A DNA stretch of 64,000 nucleotides, taken from positions 475,181 through 539,180 of the forward strand of contig CP064958.1 in NCBI GenBank assembly GCA_016699085.1, given 5' to 3'. Position 1 is the first letter of the stretch. Every line of letters begins with the position of its first letter. The notes under the pieces are model-generated. The model searched no databases, was not told the DNA's origin, and saw only the letters and a list, made by a program, of their open reading frames with translations. This document shows positions 27,497 to 36,735 of this stretch, one piece after another. The position numbers were made by a program, and so were the translations under genes. The DNA is from Candidatus Nomurabacteria bacterium (GTDB taxonomy: Bacteria > Patescibacteriota > Minisyncoccia > Phycocordibacterales > UBA9973).

Positions 27497-29467
27497 TTAA
27501 ATACCTAAAATAACAGGGATAACTAATGGACGCTTCGCAGTTTTCTGGTACAAGAACTTGGCAACAGTATCAGTAAGATTGTTTTTTACGAAATCAAAGT
27601 TAATCGGGTTCATGCCAGCTGTTTCGTCTTCGACAGTTTTACGTATCAAGTTTCTCGCTTCGTGTAGGAGTTCTTGATTTTCTTTAAGGTAGACGAATCC
27701 TCGTGATATGAGGTCAGGGGATTTTTTGAGTTTACCAGTCGCAGCGTTCACCATGACCATAACGATGAACATGCCATCTGCTGCTAGCATTCGTCTATCG
27801 CGTATAACAACATCTTGTTCGTCGCCAACTGAGAAACCATCAACCATCATGTTTCCAGATGGCGCTTTCTCTTTGCAGAGAACCATTTTGGTACCATTAT
27901 CAACTATCTCTATAATCGAGCCGTTATCTGGAACGATTATATGGTTATCTGGCATACCTAGTGATAGCGCCAGCTCTTTGTGTAGCTTAAGCATGTAGTG
28001 ATTTCCGTGGATAGGAATGAAAAACTTTGGATGAGTTTTAGTGTGAAGCCATTTGATTTCTGGAATATTACCGTGACCTGTTGAATGGATTGAAACTTCA
28101 CTCGTGCGATAGTGAATAATGCGTACACCTTGTCGAGCGAGGTTATCTTTTAATTTCTGCACTGCGAGCTCGTTGCCTGGAACGATTGAAGCTGATAAGA
28201 CGATTGTGTCTCCTTTGCCGAGCTTGAAGTTCTTGTGGGTCTTATTTGATGCACGCATGAGTGCTGAAAATTCCTCACCTTGGCCACCGGTTGATAGTAT
28301 GATAATTCGATCTGGTGGGTAGTTGTCGACTTGCTCGATCGTAATGATCGTGCCTTTTTTAGGGTTCAATAATCCAGCTTGGATTGAGACTTCCATATTT
28401 GTTTTCATACTGCGTCCTTCCAAGACAATGTGTTTATTGAGGACTTCTGCAATCTCGACAATTTTTATTAATCGTTCGATATGTGATGCAAAAGCGGCAA
28501 TAATGAGACGCCCTTTGACGCTCCGGATAATACTCTCGAGTCCTTTGTGAACTTCAGTTTCAGGGATTGCCCAGTCAGGATTTTCAATGTTCGTCGAGTC
28601 AGTCATCAAAAGTAGTACTTTAGCTTTATCAAAAATACTGTACTCTTTCTCTTCCCGATCTGATGGAATACCGTTTTGATGTTCAAGTTTGTAATCTCCA
28701 GGAGTTACTATCCAACCATGTGGAGTTTCGACAATGATTCCCATTGAATCTGGGACCGTATGAGTAACACCAAAGAAGCGAATTTTTATATTGCCAACAG
28801 TAATAACACTATCGTTTTCTACGATATGAGCATCAAGCGGTTTGAAATGTGGGAATTCTGACTGACGCTTTTTGATGAGAAGGATTGATAGATTTCGAGA
28901 ATATATTGGGGGGTTGCCAATACGATCCATAACAATCGGCACTCCGCCGATGTGATCTAGGTGGCCGTGCGTGATTATCATGGCTCTAATTTTATCTTTT
29001 CTCTCTTCGAGATAGGTCGTATTTGGAATAATATAGTCAATACCGGGAGTATCTTCAGTTTTAAATTGCATACCTGCATCAATAACGATAATATCGTTAC
29101 CAATTTCGATTGCTGTCATGTTCTTGCCGATTTCTTCCACACCTCCAAGTGGCACAATACGAATATTGCCAGGTGCAAGTGGAGGAACTTTTACGGCTGG
29201 ACGTTTAGAAACACTTGCCTTCGATGGTGGTGGTGTGCCACGTCGTTTTGGTGGGAATTTCGAATAGCGAAATTTCTGTCCACTCGCTGCAGGTCTCGCT
29301 GTTCGAAGTGGGTGCGGTGTACTTTTTGTTGGTGCAGTCCGTGCTGGTACTGGCGTATCATTTCTCACCACTTGTGTACGTGGATGATTGCGAAATGCTG
29401 GTCTGTCTGGTCGTTGTGGTTTGTCGTTCATAGTTTTTGTATTTATTAATGGGTGAATAGTTTCCAA
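27497..29467 (-). CDS. rnj: Ribonuclease J (MBL/beta-CASP), with a roughly 100-aa Pro/Arg/Thr-rich N-terminal extension
   Basis: ITHGHLDHIGG, beta-CASP region, and the C-terminal domain of the RNase J family. Confidence 0.9.
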   Translation of the reverse strand: METIHPLINTKTMNDKPQRPDRPAFRNHPRTQVVRNDTPVPARTAPTKSTPHPLRTARPAASGQKFRYSKFPPKRRGTPPPSKASVSKRPAVKVPPLAPGNIRIVPLGGVEEIGKNMTAIEIGNDIIVIDAGMQFKTEDTPGIDYIIPNTTYLEERKDKIRAMIITHGHLDHIGGVPIVMDRIGNPPIYSRNLSILLIKKRQSEFPHFKPLDAHIVENDSVITVGNIKIRFFGVTHTVPDSMGIIVETPHGWIVTPGDYKLEHQNGIPSDREEKEYSIFDKAKVLLLMTDSTNIENPDWAIPETEVHKGLESIIRSVKGRLIIAAFASHIERLIKIVEIAEVLNKHIVLEGRSMKTNMEVSIQAGLLNPKKGTIITIEQVDNYPPDRIIILSTGGQGEEFSALMRASNKTHKNFKLGKGDTIVLSASIVPGNELAVQKLKDNLARQGVRIIHYRTSEVSIHSTGHGNIPEIKWLHTKTHPKFFIPIHGNHYMLKLHKELALSLGMPDNHIIVPDNGSIIEIVDNGTKMVLCKEKAPSGNMMVDGFSVGDEQDVVIRDRRMLAADGMFIVMVMVNAATGKLKKSPDLISRGFVYLKENQELLHEARNLIRKTVEDETAGMNPINFDFVKNNLTDTVAKFLYQKTAKRPLVIPVILGI

Positions 29468-31176
29468 ACTGAATCAGTTGCGAGGTACCACTGGTATACA
29501 TCTCGAAACCGGTCGCTTGATTCAACTATATGTGCTAATGAGAATCCATTTATTTTTTTATCAACAATGTAAATATATTGTGGTGAATACAAGAAGATTG
29601 CGGGTTTATCATTTTTGATTTCAATCTTAAATTTTTCATATAGCTCCTCTCGGGCAGAAGCTTCCAGAGTGCCTTGGGCTTTTTCAAGTGCAGTATCGGT
29701 TTTTGTATTTGCATACATAGCAACATTGAGTCCTGGATCATTGCGCTGCGATGAGTGCCAAAATGCAAAAAGGTCACTTTCCGTACTAACAATTTGACCA
29801 AAGAGTAACACATCATACTTTCTTGGTCGGATAATTGTTTGATTAAGTGTTCCAATATCAAATATTTTTATTTCAGCACGTGCTCCGATCCGTTCGAAAT
29901 CTGCTTTAATCATGGCAGCAGTTGCTTTAAGTTCAGGTGCATCACCAGTTGCGATTGAGAAGGAAAGTGGTGTTGTGCCGGTAGTGCTTTTCTTTGATCG
30001 ATAGCCGTCGTCACCCAAGAGCCAGCCATCTTTTTGTAGAGAAGCAGCTATCGCTTCACTATCAACAGTATGCAGAGGTGGTATTTGCGATGAAAGGGTA
30101 ATTGGAATAGGACTGTCGATTGCTTGTCCAAATCCTGATAGCACAGTGTCAATTATTGCCTGTTTGTCGATACTATCGTTAAGTGCAGTTACGAGTGTCT
30201 TGTCGCTAAAAAGTGGAGCTTGTGCTTGATTAAAAAATAGTCCAAAAATGCGAGGTAAGATGCTTGTTTCGATTCTTCCGCCGTTTTGCATTATCGCTTG
30301 CGCTTCAGATGGAGATACAGCTCCAAGTGATGTAATCGTCTTTTCAGCATAGGCGTCTAAGAGCTCACCTTCATTTGGATAGAAATATATTTTTATAGTT
30401 GGAATGTAGGGCTTACCAAGTGCAAATTTTTCAAACGATTTGAGTGTTGTTGCTGTTAGGGTGCCATCAGAAGTTACTGATTTTTTTTGAAACATGTACG
30501 GACCTGAACCGATCGGAGCAGTATTGTATTTACTAAATATCCAATCAGTAGCCTCGATGCTTTGCCAAATATGCATTGGCAAAATACCTACAGTTGTATT
30601 TTCTAAGAAAGAAACAAACGGTTGTTTCAATGTAAATGAAATAGTAGCCTCATCAATCTTCTCGGGTGTTACGCCTTGCCATTCAATTGCATGCTGGCTT
30701 TTGATTGATGAGTCTTTTATTTTGTTGATTGTATAAAGTACATCATCGACAGTGACTGTAGTATTGTCGTGGAAAAAGATATCTTTTTTTAATATAAAGG
30801 TATACGTTAATCCGTCTGCAGATATGGTGTAGCTCTCAGCAAGGTCAGGGATAAAGGTGCCATCGGCTGATTTTCTCATGAGACCTGAATAGATGAGGGT
30901 CGTCATATCTTTATCAGCATCAGAAACTGCGAGTACTGGGTTGATAAATCTAGGCGCTCCAATAATGCCTTCATGTATTGTGCCACCGATTGTTGGTATC
31001 TGTACCATGAATTTTTGATTAATTCGGTAAAGAATTGCAATAGTTGCTGTTGCAAGAATAACAATGAGCACTGCAAAAATAGTCCACTCGCGACGGGTCA
31101 AATAATATGGTATTTTTTTTAATTCTTGGTTAGTTGGCAAACGAAGCTGTCGTAACGTAGAAAATAATGAAGACAT
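29446..31176 (-). CDS. ABC transporter substrate-binding protein, family 5 (Opp/Dpp-like), membrane-anchored
   Basis: N-terminal TM followed by SBP_bac_5-like architecture. 576 aa. Confidence 0.75.
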   Translation of the reverse strand: MSSLFSTLRQLRLPTNQELKKIPYYLTRREWTIFAVLIVILATATIAILYRINQKFMVQIPTIGGTIHEGIIGAPRFINPVLAVSDADKDMTTLIYSGLMRKSADGTFIPDLAESYTISADGLTYTFILKKDIFFHDNTTVTVDDVLYTINKIKDSSIKSQHAIEWQGVTPEKIDEATISFTLKQPFVSFLENTTVGILPMHIWQSIEATDWIFSKYNTAPIGSGPYMFQKKSVTSDGTLTATTLKSFEKFALGKPYIPTIKIYFYPNEGELLDAYAEKTITSLGAVSPSEAQAIMQNGGRIETSILPRIFGLFFNQAQAPLFSDKTLVTALNDSIDKQAIIDTVLSGFGQAIDSPIPITLSSQIPPLHTVDSEAIAASLQKDGWLLGDDGYRSKKSTTGTTPLSFSIATGDAPELKATAAMIKADFERIGARAEIKIFDIGTLNQTIIRPRKYDVLLFGQIVSTESDLFAFWHSSQRNDPGLNVAMYANTKTDTALEKAQGTLEASAREELYEKFKIEIKNDKPAIFLYSPQYIYIVDKKINGFSLAHIVESSDRFRDVYQWYLATDSVWKLFTH

Positions 31177-31230
31177 AAAATCAATACTAATAGTATAGTT
31201 TCGAGGTTAATATATTGGAAATTAATTCCG

Positions 31231-31458
31231 TTAGAGTATGATTGCAAGCAGTGACGCAAGTGCAAAAAGTATTGCAGAAACAATACTAGTTATGAAGAGC
31301 ACTTTTTCTGCGCCTCGTTTTGTATGAAACGTAGCAAAATTATCTGATCCTCCAAGAGCACCAATACCAGCACCTGATTGCTGGAGTAGTATTGAACCGA
31401 TAAGGATTATTGAGAGAATAATTTGTAGATACGGGAGAAACGTTAGTACCATACTCAT
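31231..31458 (-). CDS. secG: Preprotein translocase subunit SecG
   Basis: 75 aa with two TM helices. ILLQQSGAG motif typical of SecG. Confidence 0.7.
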   Translation of the reverse strand: MSMVLTFLPYLQIILSIILIGSILLQQSGAGIGALGGSDNFATFHTKRGAEKVLFITSIVSAILFALASLLAIIL

Positions 31459-31566
31459 GCAAAAGAGTATAGCATAGAATAAATAATAGGCAAGCTACAG
31501 TTGCATTAGTGTGATGCCTTGTATAAAATATGACCGCATTATCAGTAATTCACTTAAAGTACATTT

Positions 31567-31866
31567 ATGGCAAAAAAAATTATTCCTTTGGGTGACCGCG
31601 TACTCGTCAAGCCATTACGCGATAGTAAAACTAAAACCAAGTCAGGTATTTATCTACCAGAAGCAAATGAAAAAGAACGTCCGGAACAAGGAGAAGTAAT
31701 TGCTGTAGGGGAAGGAAAAATAAGTGATACTGGTACTCGTATCCCACTTGAGGTCAAAAAAGGTGATACAGTGTTCTTTTCTAAGTATGGTCCAGAAGAA
31801 ATCAAGGTCGACGACAACGAATATCTTCTCATCAAAGAAGATCAGATTTTAGCAATCATTAAATAA
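31567..31866 (+). CDS. groES: Co-chaperonin GroES
   Basis: IIPLGDRVLVK and 99 aa, immediately upstream of groEL. Confidence 0.95.
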   Translation: MAKKIIPLGDRVLVKPLRDSKTKTKSGIYLPEANEKERPEQGEVIAVGEGKISDTGTRIPLEVKKGDTVFFSKYGPEEIKVDDNEYLLIKEDQILAIIK

Positions 31867-31960
31867 ATTTTTAGAAACTATTTTTATCAAGGCCCTCGGA
31901 TTTCCTCGTAAAACTCGGCCAGACCTTTCAAAAAACAGTTTCTAAAGATTTCTCACAACT

Positions 31961-33616
31961 ATGTCCAAACAAATTTTATTTAGCGCAGATGCAAAGATCG
32001 CTTTAAAGCGAGGTATTGATATAGTCGCAGACGCAGTCAAAATAACACTAGGGCCAAGGGGTCGTAATGTTGTCTTCGACAAAGGCTATGGTGCGCCGAC
32101 AATCACGAATGATGGCGTCTCGATCGCCAAAGAAATCACCCTCGCAGATAAATTCGAAAACATGGGCGCGGAAATTATCAAAGAAGTAGCAAGCAAGACC
32201 AATGACATGGCAGGTGATGGCACGACAACATCGGTTATTTTAACTGCTGCGATTATCACGGCAGGGCTCAAACAGACAACTATGGGTGCCAATGGCATGC
32301 TGGTGCGTCGCGGTATTGAATCTGCGAGAGAAGAAGTAGTGAAAGCATTACGTCAAATGGCGCATCCCATTAAAAGCGATGCGGAAATTAGACAAGTAGC
32401 TACTATTTCAGCTGAATCAGAGGAGCTTGGCAATATTATCGCTGACACGATAAAAAAAGTTGGCAAAGATGGTGTTGTCACTGTTGAAGAATCACAATCC
32501 TTTACGGTTGAATCTGAAGTCGTCGAAGGACTCCAATTCGACAAAGGCTATGTGTCGCCGTATATGATCACTGATACTGAACGCATGGAATCAGTTTTCA
32601 AAGATGCACTCGTACTCGTCACTGACAAGAAAATTTCTTCAGTCAAAGAAATTTTGCCACTTCTTGAGAAAGTTGCTCAAACAGGCAAGAAAGAACTTGT
32701 TATCATTGCTGAAGATGTTGATGGGGAAGCACTCACGACGTTTGTCCTCAATAAACTCCGTGGTGGATTTAATGTCTTGGCTGTCAAAGCACCTGGCTAC
32801 AGTGATAAAAAGAAAGATATACTCGAAGATATTGCAATCATAACTGGTGCGAAAGTTATCTCTGATGATGTGGGACTTAAACTTGATACAATCGAACTTA
32901 ACGCACTTGGTCGTGCTAACAAAATTATTGCAACCAAAGATAAGACTATTATCGTCGGTGGTAAAGGTAAAAAGTCAGACCTACAGAAACGAATCGAATC
33001 ACTGAAAGGGCAAATAAATGCTCTCGATGGTAAATTTTCAAAATATGATCGTGAGAAATTAGAAGAGCGTGTTGCAAAACTTTCTGGTGGTGTGGCAGTG
33101 GTGCGTGTTGGAGCAGCCACAGAAACTGAAATGAAATATCTGAAATTAAAGATTGAGGATGCAGTGAACGCTACGAAGGCAGCAATCGAGGAAGGTATTG
33201 TGCCAGGTGGAGGTGTTGCACTCGTCAAAGCTTACGAGAAAGTGAATCGTGATCACATTGCATCAAAACAAAAATATACGAGTGAATTTGAAGTCGGTTT
33301 CCAAATCGTACTTGACGCATTGATGGCACCGCTCAAACAAATCGCTATTAATGCCGGCAAAGAAGATGGTTCGGTTATCGTTGAGAAAGTTAAAAACGGT
33401 AAAGGCAATATGGGATATGATGCCCTCCTCGATGTTATGATTCCCGATATGCTCGCTGCCGGTATCGTTGATCCTGTGAAAGTCACCCGTAGTGGCGTCG
33501 AGCATGCAACAAGCGCAGCTGCAATATTTCTCACGACTGATGTAGCAATTGCAGATCTGCCAGAAAAAGAAAAACCGCAGGCTGGCGGCATGCCGGGGAT
33601 GGGAATGGACTATTGA
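31961..33616 (+). CDS. groEL: Chaperonin GroEL
   Basis: Canonical GroEL sequence (AGDGTTTS, GGVAVVRVGAATETE, C-terminal GGM repeats). Confidence 0.97.
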   Translation: MSKQILFSADAKIALKRGIDIVADAVKITLGPRGRNVVFDKGYGAPTITNDGVSIAKEITLADKFENMGAEIIKEVASKTNDMAGDGTTTSVILTAAIITAGLKQTTMGANGMLVRRGIESAREEVVKALRQMAHPIKSDAEIRQVATISAESEELGNIIADTIKKVGKDGVVTVEESQSFTVESEVVEGLQFDKGYVSPYMITDTERMESVFKDALVLVTDKKISSVKEILPLLEKVAQTGKKELVIIAEDVDGEALTTFVLNKLRGGFNVLAVKAPGYSDKKKDILEDIAIITGAKVISDDVGLKLDTIELNALGRANKIIATKDKTIIVGGKGKKSDLQKRIESLKGQINALDGKFSKYDREKLEERVAKLSGGVAVVRVGAATETEMKYLKLKIEDAVNATKAAIEEGIVPGGGVALVKAYEKVNRDHIASKQKYTSEFEVGFQIVLDALMAPLKQIAINAGKEDGSVIVEKVKNGKGNMGYDALLDVMIPDMLAAGIVDPVKVTRSGVEHATSAAAIFLTTDVAIADLPEKEKPQAGGMPGMGMDY

Positions 33617-33677
33617 TTAAAAAACACGGGTTATTGACTAAAATCACTCATTTATAGATCAAAAAGTATTAACAAGA

Positions 33678-33716
33678 AACCGCCTTGGAATCCATAGATT
33701 TCAAGGCGGTTTCATA
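33678..33716 (+). terminator. Intrinsic terminator after groEL
   Basis: ccgccttg ... caaggcgg stem followed by tttcatat. Confidence 0.55.
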
Positions 33717-33719
33717 TGC

Positions 33720-33748
33720 TTGACATTGCATTTCGTCTCGTCTATACT
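33720..33748 (+). promoter_or_regulatory. Consensus sigma70-type promoter (TTGACA-17-TATACT), probably the rRNA promoter
   Basis: ttgaca at 33720..33725, 17-nt spacer, tatact at 33743..33748, about 215 nt upstream of the 16S 5' end. Confidence 0.7.
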
Positions 33749-33964
33749 ATCTCCACTCTTCAGTAAGAAGGGTATCTAACAGATTATGCCTATGAAAAAC
33801 TAAACTTTTTATTTTGTAAACAAGTAAAGTTCATATATGCGCCTGTTAGACGCTTTTTTCTTTGAAAATTTAAACATCAATGTAATGTGAATTAAAGTCA
33901 GTAAGTAAAGTAATCTGAGTCAAGAAAATGTATTTTTTCTTTTGTTTCGTTCTATTTTTTAAGT

Positions 33965-35608
33965 AGAGTTTGATCCTAGCTCAGGATGAACGCTGGCGGC
34001 GTGGATAAGGCATGCAAGTCGAACGAATTTTAATTGTTGAAGTTGAAATGAAGTAGCAATATGGAATTTTGATAGATATTTTTAAAATTAGTGGCGAACG
34101 AGGTAGTAACACGTGGGTACTTCCCCCTAAGTCGCGAATAATCCATCGAAAGGTGGACTAATACGCGATATACTTCAGAGTGAAAGATTTTTCGCTTAGG
34201 GAAAGGCCTGCGGGATATCAGCTAGTTGGTAGTGTAATAGACTACCAAGGCTATGACGTCTAGGGGAGCTGAGAGGCTGACCCCCACCGATGGGACTGAG
34301 ACACGGCCCATACACCTACGGGTGGCTGCAGTCAAGAACCTTCCACAATGGACGAAAGTCTGATGGAGCGACGCCGCGTGATTGATGAAGTCCTTCGGGA
34401 CGTAAAGATCTTTTATGAGGGAAGAAGTTTATTGACGGTACCTCATGAATAAGGGGCTCCTAATCTCGTGCCAGCAGGAGCGGTAATACGAGAGCCCCGA
34501 GCGTTATCCGGAATTATTGGGCGTAAAGGGTGCGTCGGTTGTTATATTAGCCTCACTTTAAATCTTCATGCTCAACATGAAGCATGGGCGGGGAACGGTA
34601 TGACTAGAGGTTGTGAGAGGTGTGCGGAACTCAAGGTGTAGGGGTGAAATCCGTTGATATCTTGGGGAACACCAAATGCGAAGGCAGCACACTGGCACAT
34701 ATCTGACACTCAAGCACGAAAGCGTGGGTAGCGAATGGGATTAGATACCCCAGTAGTCCACGCCCTAAACGATGATCTCTCGGTTTTCGGAGTATCGACC
34801 CTCTGAGAGCCTAAGCTAACGCGTTAAGAGATCCGCCTGGGAAATACGGCCGCAAGGCTAAAACTCAAAGGAATAGACGGGGACTCGCACAAGCAGTGGA
34901 TTATGTGGTTTAATTCGATGGTAAACGAAGAACCTCACCAGGGTTTGACACCTACGTGAAAGCTCTAAGAAACTAGAGCCCTCGCAAGACTAGTAGGCAG
35001 GTGTTGCATGGCCGTCGTCAGTTCGTGGTTTGAATTGTTCCCTTAAGTGGGGTAACGAACGCAACCCTCGTCGTGTGTTATATTTGTCACACGAGACCGC
35101 CCAGAACAAAGCGCGTGAATGCGCTTCTAGTAGAAAGTGTAAAGTTGAAAGTCAAAAGTGAATTCAGAAATGCATTTACTTTAAACTTTCTACATTCAAC
35201 TTTTGACTTGAAGTGTACATCGTACGTTTCGTTCTGGGAGGAAGGAGAGGATGACGCCAGGTCAGCATGACCCTTTGATATCCTGGGCTACACACATAAT
35301 ACAATGACGGCTACAACGCGTTGCGACGAGGTAACTCTGAGCTAATCGTTATAAAAGCCGCCTCAGTTCGGATTGAGGTCTGCAACTCGACCTCATGAAG
35401 TTGGAATTGCTAGTAATCGCAGGTCAGACATACTGCGGTGAATACGTTCTCGAGTCTTGTACTCACCGCCCGTCAAGTCAAGGGAGCTGGGAATACCCGA
35501 AATTTCTACATTAGTAGGACCTAAGGTAAGCTCAGTGACAGGGACTAAGTCGTAACAAGGCACGGGTAGCGGAAGCTGCTCGTGGAATAATTCAATTTGA
35601 AACCTTTC
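33965..35608 (+). rRNA. 16S ribosomal RNA with lineage-specific insertions (expanded V1 and a roughly 120-nt insert in the helix-40 loop). The 3' tail is atypical and lacks CCUCC.
   Basis: AGAGTTTGATCCTAGCTCAGGATGAACGCTGGCGGCGTG at the 5' end. Universal blocks GTGCCAGCAGGAGCGGTAATAC, GGATTAGATACCC, GCATGGCCGTCGTCAGTTCGTG, TACACACATAATACAATG, GTCGTAACAAGG. The 3' boundary is approximate. Confidence 0.9.
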
Positions 35609-35774
35609 ATTCGTAAGAATGAGATTAAGGTGTCGGTGTTCTGTGCCTCAATTGAGCACAGAATGGTCTATAAGCTTTATGACCTAAAAAAGTTTTGACA
35701 TAAGGGGAAAGACCCTAATAGGACGAAACAAAAGAGGACATACTAAGACTTTCACATACTAAGATGAATAAATA

Positions 35775-35812
35775 ACAGAAAAACCACAATAATTATTGTG
35801 GTTTTTCTGTGT
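35775..35812 (+). terminator. Strong hairpin terminator about 170 nt after the 16S 3' end
   Basis: acagaaaaaccacaataa / ttattgtggtttttctgt, an 18-bp perfect inverted repeat. No 23S gene follows. Confidence 0.6.
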
Positions 35813-35869
35813 CTGCATAAAATTGACATTATATTTATTTATGATATTATGAAGAAAAACTAAACGTAC

Positions 35870-36493
35870 ATGAAAAACAAACAAATAGTGCTTTCAATTT
35901 TTACTTTTGGCCTCATTTTATGTCTGTCAGCATGCGGTATCTTTAACAAAAAGGATGACCCACAGCCGAACATGCCAGTGGTAGAAACACCAGTTGATAT
36001 TTTTTCAAAATTTCATAGTACATGGAATTCCGAAGAAGAAAACTATCAAAGTACTTACCTGCAGCTTCCAGATGGTAACGACAGTTTGATACGGGTTATT
36101 GCTATTACAAATACCGACAATGGATTGGGTGAAAACTTGATTACTATCGATGATGATTTTTTGAATAAGATTGGTCAAGGTATATCAAAAGATTCGGCAT
36201 TTCCTAAGCCACTACCGGATCCGATCTTCGCCGATCTACAAAACCAATTTCAAAATGTGATGCAAACTTTTCTGGATGATTTTTCCAGCGAAAACATAAC
36301 TCGAGATAGTGCTCAGAAAAAGCAAATAGCTACGAGTATATCGCAGGCAAACCCAGCAATGGAGGCGCAGTTTGATGCCTGGATTGAGACAAATTTCAAG
36401 GTTGGTAATCCAAATCAGCCTCGGTATGAGCTCTATATAGGCAGCGATCCTGTTATTTTGCAGCAAATTGCCATATTGCAAAGAGGCAAATGA
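35870..36493 (+). CDS. Hypothetical lipoprotein
   Basis: Signal peptide with a lipobox-like LSACG. 207 aa. Confidence 0.5.
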   Translation: MKNKQIVLSIFTFGLILCLSACGIFNKKDDPQPNMPVVETPVDIFSKFHSTWNSEEENYQSTYLQLPDGNDSLIRVIAITNTDNGLGENLITIDDDFLNKIGQGISKDSAFPKPLPDPIFADLQNQFQNVMQTFLDDFSSENITRDSAQKKQIATSISQANPAMEAQFDAWIETNFKVGNPNQPRYELYIGSDPVILQQIAILQRGK

Positions 36494-36656
36494 GTAAGAA
36501 TAACGTCATTAAATCCCACCAGAGAAATTCTGGATGGGATTTTTATTTTTTATTATGAAATATTTTTTCCGACACTAAAAGGTGCATCACTGTAAGGCTT
36601 ATTCAGAACCCTGCTTTACAAAATATTTTTTCATTTTGAAGGGCTAAAATTGCAAG

Positions 36657-36665
36657 TTATCCACA
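36657..36665 (+). promoter_or_regulatory. Perfect DnaA box (TTATCCACA) about 70 nt upstream of nrdJ
   Basis: Exact 9-mer match to the consensus DnaA box. Confidence 0.4.
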
Positions 36666-36735
36666 CAGCGCCAAAAATTTTTTTTATGTACAATGAGTAT
36701 CCAAGGATACATTTTTAGCAGCTAATTTTATAAGT

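Noticed and set aside
28961-29449. 162-aa Cys/Trp-rich ORF and neighbouring ORFs antisense to rnj
   Set aside because: Antisense shadow ORFs inside a well-supported RNase J gene, with composition typical of wrong-frame translation.
31459-31566. CIRCE (HrcA) operator upstream of groES
   Set aside because: No TTAGCACTC-N9-GAGTGCTAA-like inverted repeat is present. The only inverted repeat near the operon lies between groES and groEL (tagaaactatttt ... aaaacagtttcta) and does not match CIRCE.
32086-33591. Several 60-143-aa ORFs antisense to groEL
   Set aside because: Shadow ORFs within a highly conserved gene.
35073-35270. 65-aa ORF inside the 16S rRNA
   Set aside because: Falls within the rRNA insertion and helix 40-41 region. 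There is no evidence for a homing-endonuclease or intron-encoded protein (no LAGLIDADG, GIY-YIG or HNH motifs).
33970-35608. Possibility that the 16S insertion is a self-splicing intron
   Set aside because: The insert is only about 120 nt and lacks group I (P, Q, R, S) or group II (domain V) elements and any ORF. It is more consistent with an expansion segment.
36494-36735. Cobalamin riboswitch upstream of the B12-dependent nrdJ
   Set aside because: No B12-box-like conserved core could be found in the 240-nt leader. Only a DnaA box was identified.
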